DNA from: Candidatus Eremiobacteria bacterium
GTDB lineage: Bacteria > Vulcanimicrobiota > Vulcanimicrobiia > Vulcanimicrobiales > Vulcanimicrobiaceae
Reading direction: 5' to 3'
Assembly (NCBI GenBank): GCA_963737065.1
Contig: CAVTRC010000001.1
Coordinates: forward strand, 32,001 to 96,000
Length of the DNA: 64,000 nt
Position numbers and translations under genes: made by a program
The notes under the pieces: generated by a model
The model's input: the letters and a program-made list of their open reading frames with translations, nothing else
Databases searched by the model: none
What the model was told of the DNA's origin: nothing
Part shown: piece after piece, positions 9,522 through 19,241 of the stretch
How the letters are laid out: every line of letters starts with the position of its first letter
Numbering within the stretch: position 1 is the stretch's first letter

Positions 9522-11138
9522 ATGAGACGTTGGATCCCGTCGCTTCTTCTTTGCGCGATTTTCCTCTGCGCGCCGGCCTGTACGAAACAGCGCGGCGGTC
9601 CGAGCGCACCGACCGGTGTTTTGCGCATCGCCGTTCCGATCAACCCGACGCAGCTCAACGCCATTTTGGAACAGAACTCGAACGAGAATTTCATCGACGG
9701 GCTGATCTTCAGCGAACTCGTCACGATCGACGATCACGGGCATGAAATTCCCGATCTGGCGCAAACCGTTCCAACGCTTGCGAACGGCGGCATCAGCAAA
9801 GACGGATTGACGATCACGTACCACTTGCGAACGAACGCGAAATGGCAGGACGGCGTGCCGGTAACCAGCCGCGACGTACGGTTTACGTGGCAAGCGATCA
9901 TGAACCGCGCGAACAACGTGCTCTCACATCACGGCTACGACCAGATCGCGTCGATCGATACCCCCGACGACCATACGGTCGTCATGCACATGAAGCGGCT
10001 GTTTCCACCGGCAGTCGATACGATCTTCGGCGAGAGCGATCAGCCGTATCGCATTTTGCCCGCTCATCTGCTGGCGAAGTATCCGAACCTCAACGCCGTT
10101 CCGTTCAACGCCGCACCGGTCGGCAGCGGCCCGTTCAAGTTTGCGCGCTGGGAACGCAACGATCGGATCGTGCTCGACGCGAATCCCGACTATTTTCTCG
10201 GCGCGCCGAAGCTCAAGCAAATCATCATCCGCATCGTCCCGGACTCCAATACGCAAGAATCGCTGCTGCGCACGGGCGAGGCCGACTTAGCGTATGAAGC
10301 GACGGCGTCGTTCTATAACGACATGAAGGACGACCCTCACGTCGTTCGCCAGCTGGCGAAAGCGCCGATTTGGGTCGGCATCATGTTCAACCTCGGGCGC
10401 CCGCCGCTCAATGATGCCGCCGTGCGGCGTGCCGTTGCGCTCGCAATCGACAAGAACGCGATCGTGCAGAAGTCGACGTACGGCACAGGCGTCGTTGCCG
10501 TTGCGGATCAAACCGATTTTTCGTGGGCGTATCCGGCAGGATTGCAACCGATCCCCTACGATCTCGGACGCGCGCAAACGATTCTTCAGGACGACGGGTG
10601 GACGATGGGACCCGATGGCGTCCGCCGGAAAAACGGCGAGCGCCTTTCGCTGCAGCTTGCGTTCGGGCTCGGCAGTCCATCGGTGCAAGCGATCGTAGCG
10701 CAAACGCAGCAGATGCTGCATCAAGCGGGTATCGAGGTCCAGCTCAAGGGGTACGATTACCAACTGCTCTATGCAGCGCAACAAAGCGGCGGTATCGTCA
10801 ATTCGGGCAAGTTCGATATGGGATACTATTCCTGGGTTGCCGGTGCGGACCCCGACGACTCGTCGCAGTTCCTTTGTTCGATGACGCCGCCAACCGGTAA
10901 CAACGTGATGCGCTACTGCAGCGCCCAGATGGACGCGCTGCAGCACGAAGCGCTTTCGACGTTCGACCGCGCGCGACGAAAGGCAGCGTACAGGAAGATT
11001 CAGGAGCTGATGCTCCACGATGTGCCCGGTGCCTTCATCTACGATCAACGCGAGCGGTACGTGCGCACACCCGCGCTGCAAAACTTTCTTCCCAACGGCG
11101 TCAGCGAAGGCTGGAACGCCTACCAATGGAACAGATAA
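9522..11138 (+). CDS. peptide ABC transporter substrate-binding lipoprotein (SBP family 5)
   Basis: signal peptide with Cys; PDLA, KWQDG.PVT..DV.FT, PVGSGPFK. Confidence 0.9.
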   Translation: MRRWIPSLLLCAIFLCAPACTKQRGGPSAPTGVLRIAVPINPTQLNAILEQNSNENFIDGLIFSELVTIDDHGHEIPDLAQTVPTLANGGISKDGLTITYHLRTNAKWQDGVPVTSRDVRFTWQAIMNRANNVLSHHGYDQIASIDTPDDHTVVMHMKRLFPPAVDTIFGESDQPYRILPAHLLAKYPNLNAVPFNAAPVGSGPFKFARWERNDRIVLDANPDYFLGAPKLKQIIIRIVPDSNTQESLLRTGEADLAYEATASFYNDMKDDPHVVRQLAKAPIWVGIMFNLGRPPLNDAAVRRAVALAIDKNAIVQKSTYGTGVVAVADQTDFSWAYPAGLQPIPYDLGRAQTILQDDGWTMGPDGVRRKNGERLSLQLAFGLGSPSVQAIVAQTQQMLHQAGIEVQLKGYDYQLLYAAQQSGGIVNSGKFDMGYYSWVAGADPDDSSQFLCSMTPPTGNNVMRYCSAQMDALQHEALSTFDRARRKAAYRKIQELMLHDVPGAFIYDQRERYVRTPALQNFLPNGVSEGWNAYQWNR

Positions 11139-11144
11139 CGAAGT

Positions 11145-12605
11145 ATGACTAGCTCACTGGCGACAGAAAAGAACGTTCCCGTTACGGTAGCATACGGGGA
11201 CGGCATTGGCCCGGAAATCATGGATGCGACGCTTCGCATCATTACCGACGCAGGTGCGGCGCTCGAACTCGAGCCGATCGAAATCGGGGAAGCGGTCTAT
11301 AACCGCGGATTGCAAAGCGGCATAGAACCCAAGTCGTGGGAATCGTTACGCCGTACACGGGTGTTCCTCAAAGCACCGATCACAACGCCGCAGGGCGGCG
11401 GCTTCAAAAGCCTCAACGTAACGGTTCGCAAAACGCTCGGGATGTACGCGAACGTGCGTCCCTGCGCGTCGCTTGCGCCGTACGTGGCGACGAAACATCC
11501 GAACATGGACATCGTCATCGTTCGCGAGAACGAGGAAGACGTTTACGGCGGCATCGAGCACCGCCAAACCAATCAAGTCGCGCAGTGCCTGAAGCTCATC
11601 TCGCGACCAGGCAGCAAACGGATCATTCGATATGCGTTCGAATACGCGCGCGCGAACGGGCGCAGAAAAGTTACGTGCTTCACCAAAGACAACATCATGA
11701 AGATCACGGACGGGCTGTTCCATCGCACCTTCGATGAGATCGCAAAGGAATATCCCGAGCTGGAAAGCGAGCACTGGATCGTCGACATCGGCGCGGCGAA
11801 AATGGCGGATACGCCCGAAGCGTTCGACGTGATCGTCATGCCGAATCTCTATGGCGATGTGCTCTCGGACGTGGCCGCGCAAATTACCGGCTCGGTCGGC
11901 CTCGCCGGCTCCGCAAACATCGGCGATCATTGCTCGATGTTCGAAGCGATTCACGGCTCTGCACCGCGCCGCGCGGGCCAGAACATGGCCAACCCCTCCG
12001 GCTTGCTGCACGGCGCGATGCTCATGCTCGTGCATATCGGTCAAGGCCAGATCGCCGAACGCGTACACAACGGGTGGTTGAAGACGATCGAAGACGGCAT
12101 TCACACGTACGACATCTATAAGGAGGGCGTCTCGAAACAAAAAGTCGGAACGCGCGAATTCGCCGATGCGGTCATCGCCCGCCTCGGGCAGCGTCCGTCG
12201 GAATTGAAGGCGGTCCAATACTCGAACGAAACGCGCATGGATCTTTCGATCCGCGGCGCCGGGCCACGCCCCGAAAAGAAACGCGTCGGCGTTGACGTGT
12301 TCATCGACCAGCCGAACGGGAATCCCGATCGCATCGCGGCTTCCATGCAACAGGTCGCAGTCGACGGTGCGAAGCTTACCGTCATCGCGAATCGCGGCAC
12401 GAAAGTGTGGCCGAACGGCAATCCCGACACGTACTGGAGCGATCACTGGTCGTGCCGGTTCGAGGCTGACAACGGTCGCTTCACGCAAGGTGTGGTCGCG
12501 CAACTCTTATCCGAACTGGACAAGGCGGGTTTCGACGTCATCAAAACCGAGGGACTATTCACCTTCAACGGAGAGCGCGGTTACTCGCTCGCGCAAGGAC
12601 AGTAG
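11145..12605 (+). CDS. icd: NADP-dependent isocitrate dehydrogenase
   Basis: GDGIGPEI, KAPITTPQGGGFKSLNVT, KDNIMK, NLYGD..SD, EAIHGSAP. Confidence 0.95.
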   Translation: MTSSLATEKNVPVTVAYGDGIGPEIMDATLRIITDAGAALELEPIEIGEAVYNRGLQSGIEPKSWESLRRTRVFLKAPITTPQGGGFKSLNVTVRKTLGMYANVRPCASLAPYVATKHPNMDIVIVRENEEDVYGGIEHRQTNQVAQCLKLISRPGSKRIIRYAFEYARANGRRKVTCFTKDNIMKITDGLFHRTFDEIAKEYPELESEHWIVDIGAAKMADTPEAFDVIVMPNLYGDVLSDVAAQITGSVGLAGSANIGDHCSMFEAIHGSAPRRAGQNMANPSGLLHGAMLMLVHIGQGQIAERVHNGWLKTIEDGIHTYDIYKEGVSKQKVGTREFADAVIARLGQRPSELKAVQYSNETRMDLSIRGAGPRPEKKRVGVDVFIDQPNGNPDRIAASMQQVAVDGAKLTVIANRGTKVWPNGNPDTYWSDHWSCRFEADNGRFTQGVVAQLLSELDKAGFDVIKTEGLFTFNGERGYSLAQGQ

Positions 12606-12669
12606 CGCGGCCTCATAGCTAGACAAATAAAGCGAGCGTACTCATAATGCTCAGTAAAGGAGCATTTGC

Positions 12670-13101
12670 ATGGTGCGCTCGCTCGCGTTCGCGTGTGTGG
12701 CGGTCGTTATGCTTGCTTGCTCGTCATTAGCATACGCCGACATTCACGACTCTGCGCCGGCCGACGAATACTTCGGCCCGTTGAGACAAAGCATATTGGA
12801 GATCAGAAACCGCCTCGTCGACTTCGAACGAAAGGCGGACACCGAGCTCGCAGTCGATGGTTCCCTTCGTGCCGTCGACAACGTCGAATTCGCAATCGAA
12901 GACTGGAACCGTCGCTATCCGCGCGATCCGTGGCTTGCGGGGTTCATGGATCGCATCTTGCATGTCTACGGGCGCGCGCACGCGCTCGGCACGCAAGGCG
13001 CGCAGCGCTGCCTTGCGATGCTCGAGCACGGTTTTCCGCGCACGACGCAGGCAAAAGACGCACTCGCGTACGTCGGACTGATGAAAGGCAAAGATCGATG
13101 A
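12670..13101 (+). CDS. secreted hypothetical protein
   Basis: signal peptide, AAGGAG RBS, APADEYFG motif. Confidence 0.65.
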   Translation: MVRSLAFACVAVVMLACSSLAYADIHDSAPADEYFGPLRQSILEIRNRLVDFERKADTELAVDGSLRAVDNVEFAIEDWNRRYPRDPWLAGFMDRILHVYGRAHALGTQGAQRCLAMLEHGFPRTTQAKDALAYVGLMKGKDR

Positions 13102-13128
13102 CCTTGCACTCGGTGGACCGCAACTGCG

Positions 13129-13611
13129 CTACACGATGCGCTCGTGCGTCCCGATGCCTTCCGCCTTTCCCGTCATCGCTTTACGCGCAAAGCCGGCCAG
13201 CAACGCGAGCGCGTTCTGTGTAACGTCCCAATACTCGGCCCGGTCGATCTGCACGCACAAGAGACGCAAATCGGGGTCGTCCAGTCCTTTGGGAAACCAT
13301 GCCGAAAGTTGCGGATCCCAGAGGTGACTCATCTTCTCGCGATCGTTGCTGACGCTCGCGGTTCCGGCGATCGAAATGAAGATCGAGCGTTTCGCGTCGA
13401 CATAACTGACGTTGACGCGGCAGTTCTCTTCGGATTCATACGCGGCGCTGGCGGTCTCGCTCGTAAAAAACCAAACGGTTCCGTCGTCTTGTACGCGTTC
13501 GACCATCATTGGACGGCTGTGCAACGTGCCGCCTTCGCCGACCGAGGTGAGCATCGCGATCTCTACGGAGTCGATCATGGAGTTGAGGCGTTCGACGGCG
13601 TCGCTGTTCAT
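13129..13611 (-). CDS. pyridoxamine 5'-phosphate oxidase-like general stress protein
   Basis: AMLT, LHSRPM, WFFT, AWFPKG.DDP, AEYWD. Confidence 0.85.
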   Translation of the reverse strand: MNSDAVERLNSMIDSVEIAMLTSVGEGGTLHSRPMMVERVQDDGTVWFFTSETASAAYESEENCRVNVSYVDAKRSIFISIAGTASVSNDREKMSHLWDPQLSAWFPKGLDDPDLRLLCVQIDRAEYWDVTQNALALLAGFARKAMTGKAEGIGTHERIV

Positions 13612-13689
13612 GCCGACGTTCGTACCCACGCCGAAGTCCAAAAAACACCGGAGCCGCGGTTCGTTCGCGTGCTGCGCGTGGCCGCACCG

Positions 13690-14307
13690 TCACGGGGCGG
13701 AATCGAGATGACGAATATCGTCGAGCGTGATTAGCCTCACTTCCTGCGCAGTGATGGCAATTTTCGTGATCGATGCTTGCGAGAAGGTAACGCTGACGCC
13801 CTCGCTTGGGCCGTCGGCGATGTTCGAACCGAGCACGTCGAGCACCGCATGCAGCACACCCGCATGCGTCACGATTAGGACGTCGTCGTACGACGCCCGG
13901 CGCAAATCGTCGAGAAACGACTGCACGCGCACGCGCACATCGTGAAAGCGTTCGCCACCTTCAGGCTGATAGAGCTTTGCGGCGGTTGCGCCGTGGTCCG
14001 CACACTCCGGCCACCGTCCGATGATTTCTGCCCACGTCAATCCCTCCCATTCGCCGAAGTCGAATTCGCGGATGCGGGGATCGATGTTCACCTGGAGTCG
14101 GTGGGGATCCGCAATGATCCGCGCCGTTTCGGTTGCGCGCTGCAAATCGCTCGCGTAGACCGCATCGAACGGATCGTCGCGCAGCGCACGGCAAAGTGCA
14201 CGCGCTTGCGCGCGTCCCTCTTCGGAGAGCGCAACGTCCGTGCGGCCCTGGTAGCGGTGCGAAGCGTTCCATTCCGTCGCGCCGTGGCGCACGAAGACAA
14301 TTTCTAT
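13690..14307 (-). CDS. histidine phosphatase family protein (start unclear; possible ATA start behind GAGGA)
   Basis: IVFVRHG.T.WN, ASDLQRA.ETA, E.DFGEWEG, VTHAG. Confidence 0.85.
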   Translation of the reverse strand: MEIVFVRHGATEWNASHRYQGRTDVALSEEGRAQARALCRALRDDPFDAVYASDLQRATETARIIADPHRLQVNIDPRIREFDFGEWEGLTWAEIIGRWPECADHGATAAKLYQPEGGERFHDVRVRVQSFLDDLRRASYDDVLIVTHAGVLHAVLDVLGSNIADGPSEGVSVTFSQASITKIAITAQEVRLITLDDIRHLDSAP

Positions 14308-14326
14308 CGCTAGGTCCTCTCACACG

Positions 14327-14953
14327 TTATAGTGCTTGCCGCGTCGCGTCGGTGACGAGTGTGCCGAGATGGCCGTCGACGCACTCGTCGAGTACGCGCC
14401 ACGCGCCGTTGTCCACTTCGAAGCGCGCGTACGCGCCGTTACGCACGCGCGGCTCCCAGAAATCGCAAAGCGGACGCCCCGCCGCAGCGAGTAGCGCGAG
14501 ACGCACGAGCACGTCGTGCGTGACCACGGCGATACCATCGCCGCCGCCGATGCTGCGAGCAAACGCGCGCCATCGTTCCATTACGTTCTCAAGCGACTCG
14601 CCGCCGTGAAAGTGCACGCGTTCGGGCGTTTCGCGCCACGCGCGTATCGCGTCCGGATCGTTGCGCTCGATCTCGGCGCGCAGCCGGCCTTCCCATGTTC
14701 CGTGCGAGATCTCGATCAAGCGCCGATCGATCTGCACGTCGAGTCCTAGATGCGCCGCTAATGGACTCGCCGAATCGACACAGCGCGCGAGCGGGCTCGA
14801 AATGACGGCTGCAATCGGCGCATCGCCAAGCGCGCGTGCAAGCGCCTGCGCCTGTTCTTGTCCGGTCTGCGTCAAATGCGATTCACGCTGCCCCTGATAG
14901 CGCGCTTCCCGATTCCAATCGGTCTCGCCGTGACGCGCAACATAAATGAACAT
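14327..14953 (-). CDS. histidine phosphatase, PspA-like phosphoserine phosphatase candidate
   Basis: RHGETDWN, SSPL.RC, EISHG.WEG, VTHD; directly downstream of serA. Confidence 0.85.
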   Translation of the reverse strand: MFIYVARHGETDWNREARYQGQRESHLTQTGQEQAQALARALGDAPIAAVISSPLARCVDSASPLAAHLGLDVQIDRRLIEISHGTWEGRLRAEIERNDPDAIRAWRETPERVHFHGGESLENVMERWRAFARSIGGGDGIAVVTHDVLVRLALLAAAGRPLCDFWEPRVRNGAYARFEVDNGAWRVLDECVDGHLGTLVTDATRQAL

Positions 14954-15014
14954 CTTTAGTCCTGAGCTTGTCGAAGGGACATCTTTAGCCCTGAGCTTGT
15001 CGAAGGGCCATCTT
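14951..15014. repeat. 29-bp tandem repeat (2.2 copies) with REP-like core CCTGAGCTTGTCGAAGG
   Basis: catctttagtcctgagcttgtcgaaggga / catctttagccctgagcttgtcgaagggc / catctt. Confidence 0.9.
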
Positions 15015-15036
15015 CAGCTCTGCGCGTGTCGAAGCG

Positions 15037-16632
15037 TCATACGATCGCGAGCCGCACCGACGCAATCCCCTCGACGCGCGCGATCGCATCGAGCACCGTG
15101 CGTTCGACGTCGCGATCGACCTCCAGCACCATCATTGCCTCACCGCCGGGTTCGCCGCGCGCGACTTGCATGGTGGAGATATTGACGTCCGCGTTTCCTA
15201 AGATCGTTCCGATTCGCCCGACCATGCCGGGCACGTCGCGGTGACGCGTCACAAGCATCGCGCCCGAGGGAACCGCATCGACTTCAAAGCCGTCGATCTC
15301 CACGATGCGCGGACCGTGAGGCAGCACCGTGCCGACGACCCGGTGATCATCGGCGGCAACGACGAGCGAAGCGCGAAACGGCGAACTGCTTCCTTCGCGC
15401 GCAACCGTCGCGCGCACGCCGATGTCGCGGGCGATCGCATTCGCATTGACGAGCGTAACGCGCCGATCGGTCATAAACGGTAAAACGCCGGCAAGGAGCG
15501 CCGCAAGAAACGGATCGGCGTCGAGTGCCTCGAGTTCTCCTTGTAAGACGATCGCGAGTTCATCGCGCATCGACGCGTCGAAGAGTTGGGGCAGCAACAC
15601 GCCTAACCGGTACGCGAGATCGACGAAGCCGCCCGCGCGCTCGGCGTCAGCACCCGTGAGGCTCGGCGCGTTGACCGCACCGGTGGCCGGACGCCCGCCC
15701 AGTACGTGCACGACGTCGCGCGCGAGCTCGATCGCGATGCGCTCGAGCGCCTCGTACGTCGATCCGCCTAGGTGCGGCGTCGCAATGACGCGTTCGTGCA
15801 TCATCAGCTTGCGTGACGCCGATTCCGGCGGAGGCGGTTCCTCGGGAAACACGTCGATCGCAACCGCGCGCAGATGTCCGCGTTCGAGCGCGGCGAGCAA
15901 CGCGACGCCGTCGACCACGGCGCCCCGTGCGCAATTGACGAGCACGGCATCGGCGCGCATCAGCGCGACGGCGCGCGCATCGATCATGCAGCGCGTCTGC
16001 GAAGTAAGCGGAACATGGAGCGTCACGATATCGGCGCGCGCGAGCAACTCGTCGAATTCGATCAGCTCGACGCCGAGCGCGTTTGCACGCGATGCCGGAA
16101 CGAACGGATCGAAGGCGAGCAACGTCATGCCGAACGCCGCGGCGCGAGACGCGATGTTGCTGCCGATGCGTCCGAGACCGACGATTCCGAGCGTCTTCCC
16201 GTGCAATTCGTATCCCACGAACGGCTTGCGGTCCCATATGCCGCCGTGCACGCTCGCATGCGCCTGCGGAACGTTGCGCATGGCGGCAAGCATCAACGCA
16301 AACGTTTGTTCCGTTGCCGCGAGCGTGTTCGCAGCCGGCGTATTGACGACGACGATTCCGGCCGCTGTCGCCGCGTCGACGTCAATCGCATCAACGCCCA
16401 CGCCGGCGCGCGCGACCACTTCAAGCAGCGGCGCCGACTGCAGCAGCGTTGCATCGACGCGCGTCTCCGAGCGAACGATCAACCCGCGCGCATCGCGCAA
16501 GGCCGCGTGGAGTTCGTGCGCCGGTTTTCCAACGACGGAAACGACTTCGGCACCGGCGTTACGCAGCAGTGCAAGTCCGCGCTCGTCGAACGGTTCAGCG
16601 ACCACGACGCGTCCAAGCGGTGATTCAACCAT
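15037..16632 (-). CDS. serA: D-3-phosphoglycerate dehydrogenase
   Basis: RAGVGVDAID, GLGRIG, NCARG, TPHLGGST, C-terminal ACT domain (HRDVPGMVGRIG). Confidence 0.95.
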   Translation of the reverse strand: MVESPLGRVVVAEPFDERGLALLRNAGAEVVSVVGKPAHELHAALRDARGLIVRSETRVDATLLQSAPLLEVVARAGVGVDAIDVDAATAAGIVVVNTPAANTLAATEQTFALMLAAMRNVPQAHASVHGGIWDRKPFVGYELHGKTLGIVGLGRIGSNIASRAAAFGMTLLAFDPFVPASRANALGVELIEFDELLARADIVTLHVPLTSQTRCMIDARAVALMRADAVLVNCARGAVVDGVALLAALERGHLRAVAIDVFPEEPPPPESASRKLMMHERVIATPHLGGSTYEALERIAIELARDVVHVLGGRPATGAVNAPSLTGADAERAGGFVDLAYRLGVLLPQLFDASMRDELAIVLQGELEALDADPFLAALLAGVLPFMTDRRVTLVNANAIARDIGVRATVAREGSSSPFRASLVVAADDHRVVGTVLPHGPRIVEIDGFEVDAVPSGAMLVTRHRDVPGMVGRIGTILGNADVNISTMQVARGEPGGEAMMVLEVDRDVERTVLDAIARVEGIASVRLAIV

Positions 16633-16683
16633 GGGCGCAGGTTCGCCCGAGGGCCTATCCTCTCTTGCGTCGTAGCAGCGAGT

Positions 16684-17568
16684 ATGTCCAAGAACGGTGA
16701 CGTGCGCCTTGCCGTGCGAAAGATGTACAAACTGTACATCAACGGCGCGTTCGTGCGATCGGAATCCGGACGCAGCGAACCGCTCTGGGACGGAAAAGAG
16801 TTCGGAGCGAACGTCGCGCGAGCGTCGCGTAAAGACGCACGCGATGCCGTCGTCGCGGCGCGTGCCGCACAAGCGAAGTGGTGGAACACGCCGCCGGGAA
16901 CGCGCGGATTGATTCTCTACCGGCTTGCCGAGATGATGGAAGCGCGGCGCGCGGAACTCTTGGAACGCGTGCGCGAAGGCCTGGATCTTTCCGCCGGTCA
17001 GGCCGAACGCGAAGTCACCGCATCGATCGACCGCACGGTATGGTACGCCGGGTGGTGCGATAAGTACAACGCGCTGCTTTCAACGCGCAATCCGGTCAGC
17101 GGTCCGCACTTCAATTTTTCGACGGCCGAGCCGATGGGCGTCGTCGCCGTTCTGGCGCCCGATCGTCCCGCGTTACTTGGCCTCGTTTCCGCCGTTCTTC
17201 CGCCGATCGTCGCGGGGAACACCGTCATTGTGCTCGCTTCCGAACTCGATCCCCGTACGGCGGTCGTGTTTGCCGAAGCCCTCGCAACGTGCGATCTTCC
17301 GGCGGGCGTCGCAAACGTCTTGACCGGCTATCGCAACGAAATCGCGCCGGTGCTCGCAAAGCACATGGACGTGAACGCAATCGCATTCGAGAGCGGCGAT
17401 GCGGCCTTGCGTGAATCGATCGAGCGCGAATCCGCCGAAAATGTCAAGCGCGTTCGTCTCTATCCGATGCGCACGCGCGACGAGTGGTACAGCGCGGCGG
17501 TGCAAAGCCTCGACGAGATCGCAGCGTACTGTGAAATAAAAACGATCTGGCATCCCGCCGGGGTATGA
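16684..17568 (+). CDS. short aldehyde dehydrogenase family protein (lacks catalytic domain)
   Basis: KMYKLYING.F.RSESGR, SRKDARDAV, WYAGWCDK, EPMGVV, EIKTIWHP; no ELGGK or catalytic Cys. Confidence 0.85.
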   Translation: MSKNGDVRLAVRKMYKLYINGAFVRSESGRSEPLWDGKEFGANVARASRKDARDAVVAARAAQAKWWNTPPGTRGLILYRLAEMMEARRAELLERVREGLDLSAGQAEREVTASIDRTVWYAGWCDKYNALLSTRNPVSGPHFNFSTAEPMGVVAVLAPDRPALLGLVSAVLPPIVAGNTVIVLASELDPRTAVVFAEALATCDLPAGVANVLTGYRNEIAPVLAKHMDVNAIAFESGDAALRESIERESAENVKRVRLYPMRTRDEWYSAAVQSLDEIAAYCEIKTIWHPAGV

Positions 17569-18125
17569 TCGACGACGTCCTTCTCTGGTGCCGCCGGCTA
17601 TGGGAGCGGCGGCTCGTCATGGGCACATCGGGGAATGTCAGCGTACGGCTCGATGACGGCGACCTGCTCGTTACACCGTCGCAGCGCGGCCTCGGGTATT
17701 TGGACGCGACCGATATCGTGCGCGTTGACTGCGACGGCCGGGCTCGCGACCCATCGCAGCGGCCGACAAGTGAATTGCCGCTGCACCTCGCGGCGTATCG
17801 CGGCCGCCCGGACGTGCGCGCGGTCGTCCACACCCATCCGACGATGTCGGTGGTGTGGTCAAAGACGGGCGTATTGTTTCCACGCGACACCGTCGGGGCG
17901 CGCGAGTCACTTGGGACGTGCGCGTGGACCCCGTATCGCCCGAACGGAACCCAAGCGCTAGCCGACCTGTGCGCAGCGGAGTTCGAACGAGGCATAAACC
18001 TCGTCATCATGGAGCGACATGGGGTCACCGCGATCGCGCCGACGCTCGAGGAGGCGTTCATGCAGACGGAGCTCGCCGAAGAAGCCGCGCGAATCGCGTA
18101 CTTTTCGCAAGGGAGTGCCTTCTAG
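17565..18125 (+). CDS. class II aldolase/adducin family protein
   Basis: GTSGNVSVR, PTSE..LH...Y..RPDV.AVVHTH, HG. Confidence 0.9.
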   Translation: MIDDVLLWCRRLWERRLVMGTSGNVSVRLDDGDLLVTPSQRGLGYLDATDIVRVDCDGRARDPSQRPTSELPLHLAAYRGRPDVRAVVHTHPTMSVVWSKTGVLFPRDTVGARESLGTCAWTPYRPNGTQALADLCAAEFERGINLVIMERHGVTAIAPTLEEAFMQTELAEEAARIAYFSQGSAF

Positions 18126-18147
18126 GATTGGAGAACGGCGTCGTTAC

Positions 18148-18948
18148 GTGAGTTACCGGGTGCCGATGCATCAGCGTCTTTCAAACGCGCTGAGCTATAA
18201 CGAGTTCAAGGTCTACTATCAACCCGTTGTCGATCTTCCAACGGGCTGCGTCGTCGGCGCCGAAGCGCTTTGCCGGTGGCCGACACGCGAAGGCAATTTC
18301 ACGCCGCCTGAAACCTTTATCACGCAGGCCGAAACGTCCGGATTCATCGTGCAGCTCGGCGACTGGGTATTGAAAACCGCCGTCGAGCAAGTCCGTTCGT
18401 GGCAGCAGCGATTTGCGATCGACTTGCACCTGGCGGTGAACCTCTCCGGGCGTCAGTTCCTACACCATAATTTGATGAAGTCAATCGAAGACGCGATTCA
18501 AAAGAGCCGCTACGCCGCTCGTCTCCTCGAGTTCGAGATCACCGAAAGCGTCGCGATGCACAACGCGGAGGATTCGATCGGCATCATGCGCCAGCTCAAA
18601 GCCCGGGGCATGTCACTTGCGCTCGACGACTTCGGCACGGGATATTCATCGCTCGCCTATCTCAAACGCTTTCCGATCGACAAACTGAAGATCGATAAGA
18701 CGTTCGTGCGCGACATACCCGAAGATCACAACGATCTCGCGATCGTCTCGGCCATTATCGCTATGGCGCACGCGCTCGGACTCAAAGTGCAGGCCGAAGG
18801 CGTTGAAACGCACGCGCAAGCCGAATTTTTGCGCGATTGCGGGTGTGAACTCGCGCAGGGATATCTGTTCGGACGCGCGATTCCGCCCGATGAATTTGAA
18901 GTGATGCTCACGCAATCCGACCCTTCCGCGAAGCTCGCCTCTTCGTAG
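18148..18948 (+). CDS. stand-alone EAL domain c-di-GMP phosphodiesterase (start uncertain)
   Basis: YYQP, EAL.RW, EITES, DDFGTGYSSL, KIDK, EGVET, QGY. Confidence 0.92.
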   Translation: MSYRVPMHQRLSNALSYNEFKVYYQPVVDLPTGCVVGAEALCRWPTREGNFTPPETFITQAETSGFIVQLGDWVLKTAVEQVRSWQQRFAIDLHLAVNLSGRQFLHHNLMKSIEDAIQKSRYAARLLEFEITESVAMHNAEDSIGIMRQLKARGMSLALDDFGTGYSSLAYLKRFPIDKLKIDKTFVRDIPEDHNDLAIVSAIIAMAHALGLKVQAEGVETHAQAEFLRDCGCELAQGYLFGRAIPPDEFEVMLTQSDPSAKLASS

Positions 18949-18975
18949 GACTTCGGTCGTGAACTAACAAATCAA

Positions 18976-19121
18976 CACCGCCGCGTTATGGGGCCCCTGG
19001 CGGGCGCGCAGGTGCCAACGCACCGAAGTGCCTGTTCAATCAACGGGGTTCCCAAATTGTGCGAAGCACGAGTACGGGCTGGAGGCCCGTACAAAATTCG
19101 GGAGCACACGACGTGCGGTCG
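18976..19121 (-). ncRNA. putative structured RNA, 6S RNA-like
   Basis: minus strand: ends pair (ccgc.cgt / acg..gcgg), hairpin gtacgggc-ctcca-gcccgtac, cUUCGg tetraloop, ttgggaacc and ggcacctgc segments. Confidence 0.45.
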
Positions 19122-19143
19122 CGCGTAGCGCGATCGGAATGAT

Positions 19144-19231
19144 GGAGAGGTGGTCGAGCGGTTGAAGGCACTCGCTTGGAAAGCGAGCAGACGTGATAAG
19201 CGTCTCGAGGGTTCGAATCCCTCCCTCTCCG
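19144..19231 (+). tRNA. tRNA-Ser(GGA)
   Basis: acceptor ggagagg/cctctcc, anticodon arm ctcgc-ttGGAaa-gcgag, long variable arm, GTTCGAATCC T-loop; no encoded CCA. Confidence 0.97.
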
Positions 19232-19241
19232 GATCTACACT

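Noticed and set aside
14951..15014. CRISPR array
   Set aside because: Repeats are contiguous with no spacers and no cas genes are present
15422..16675. Long antisense ORFs over serA, icd, recQ and the SDR gene
   Set aside because: Shadow ORFs of GC-rich coding strands with no motifs
19144..19231. tRNA-Ser as the island attachment site
   Set aside because: No duplicated tRNA 3' end seen and it lies 11 kb from the integrase
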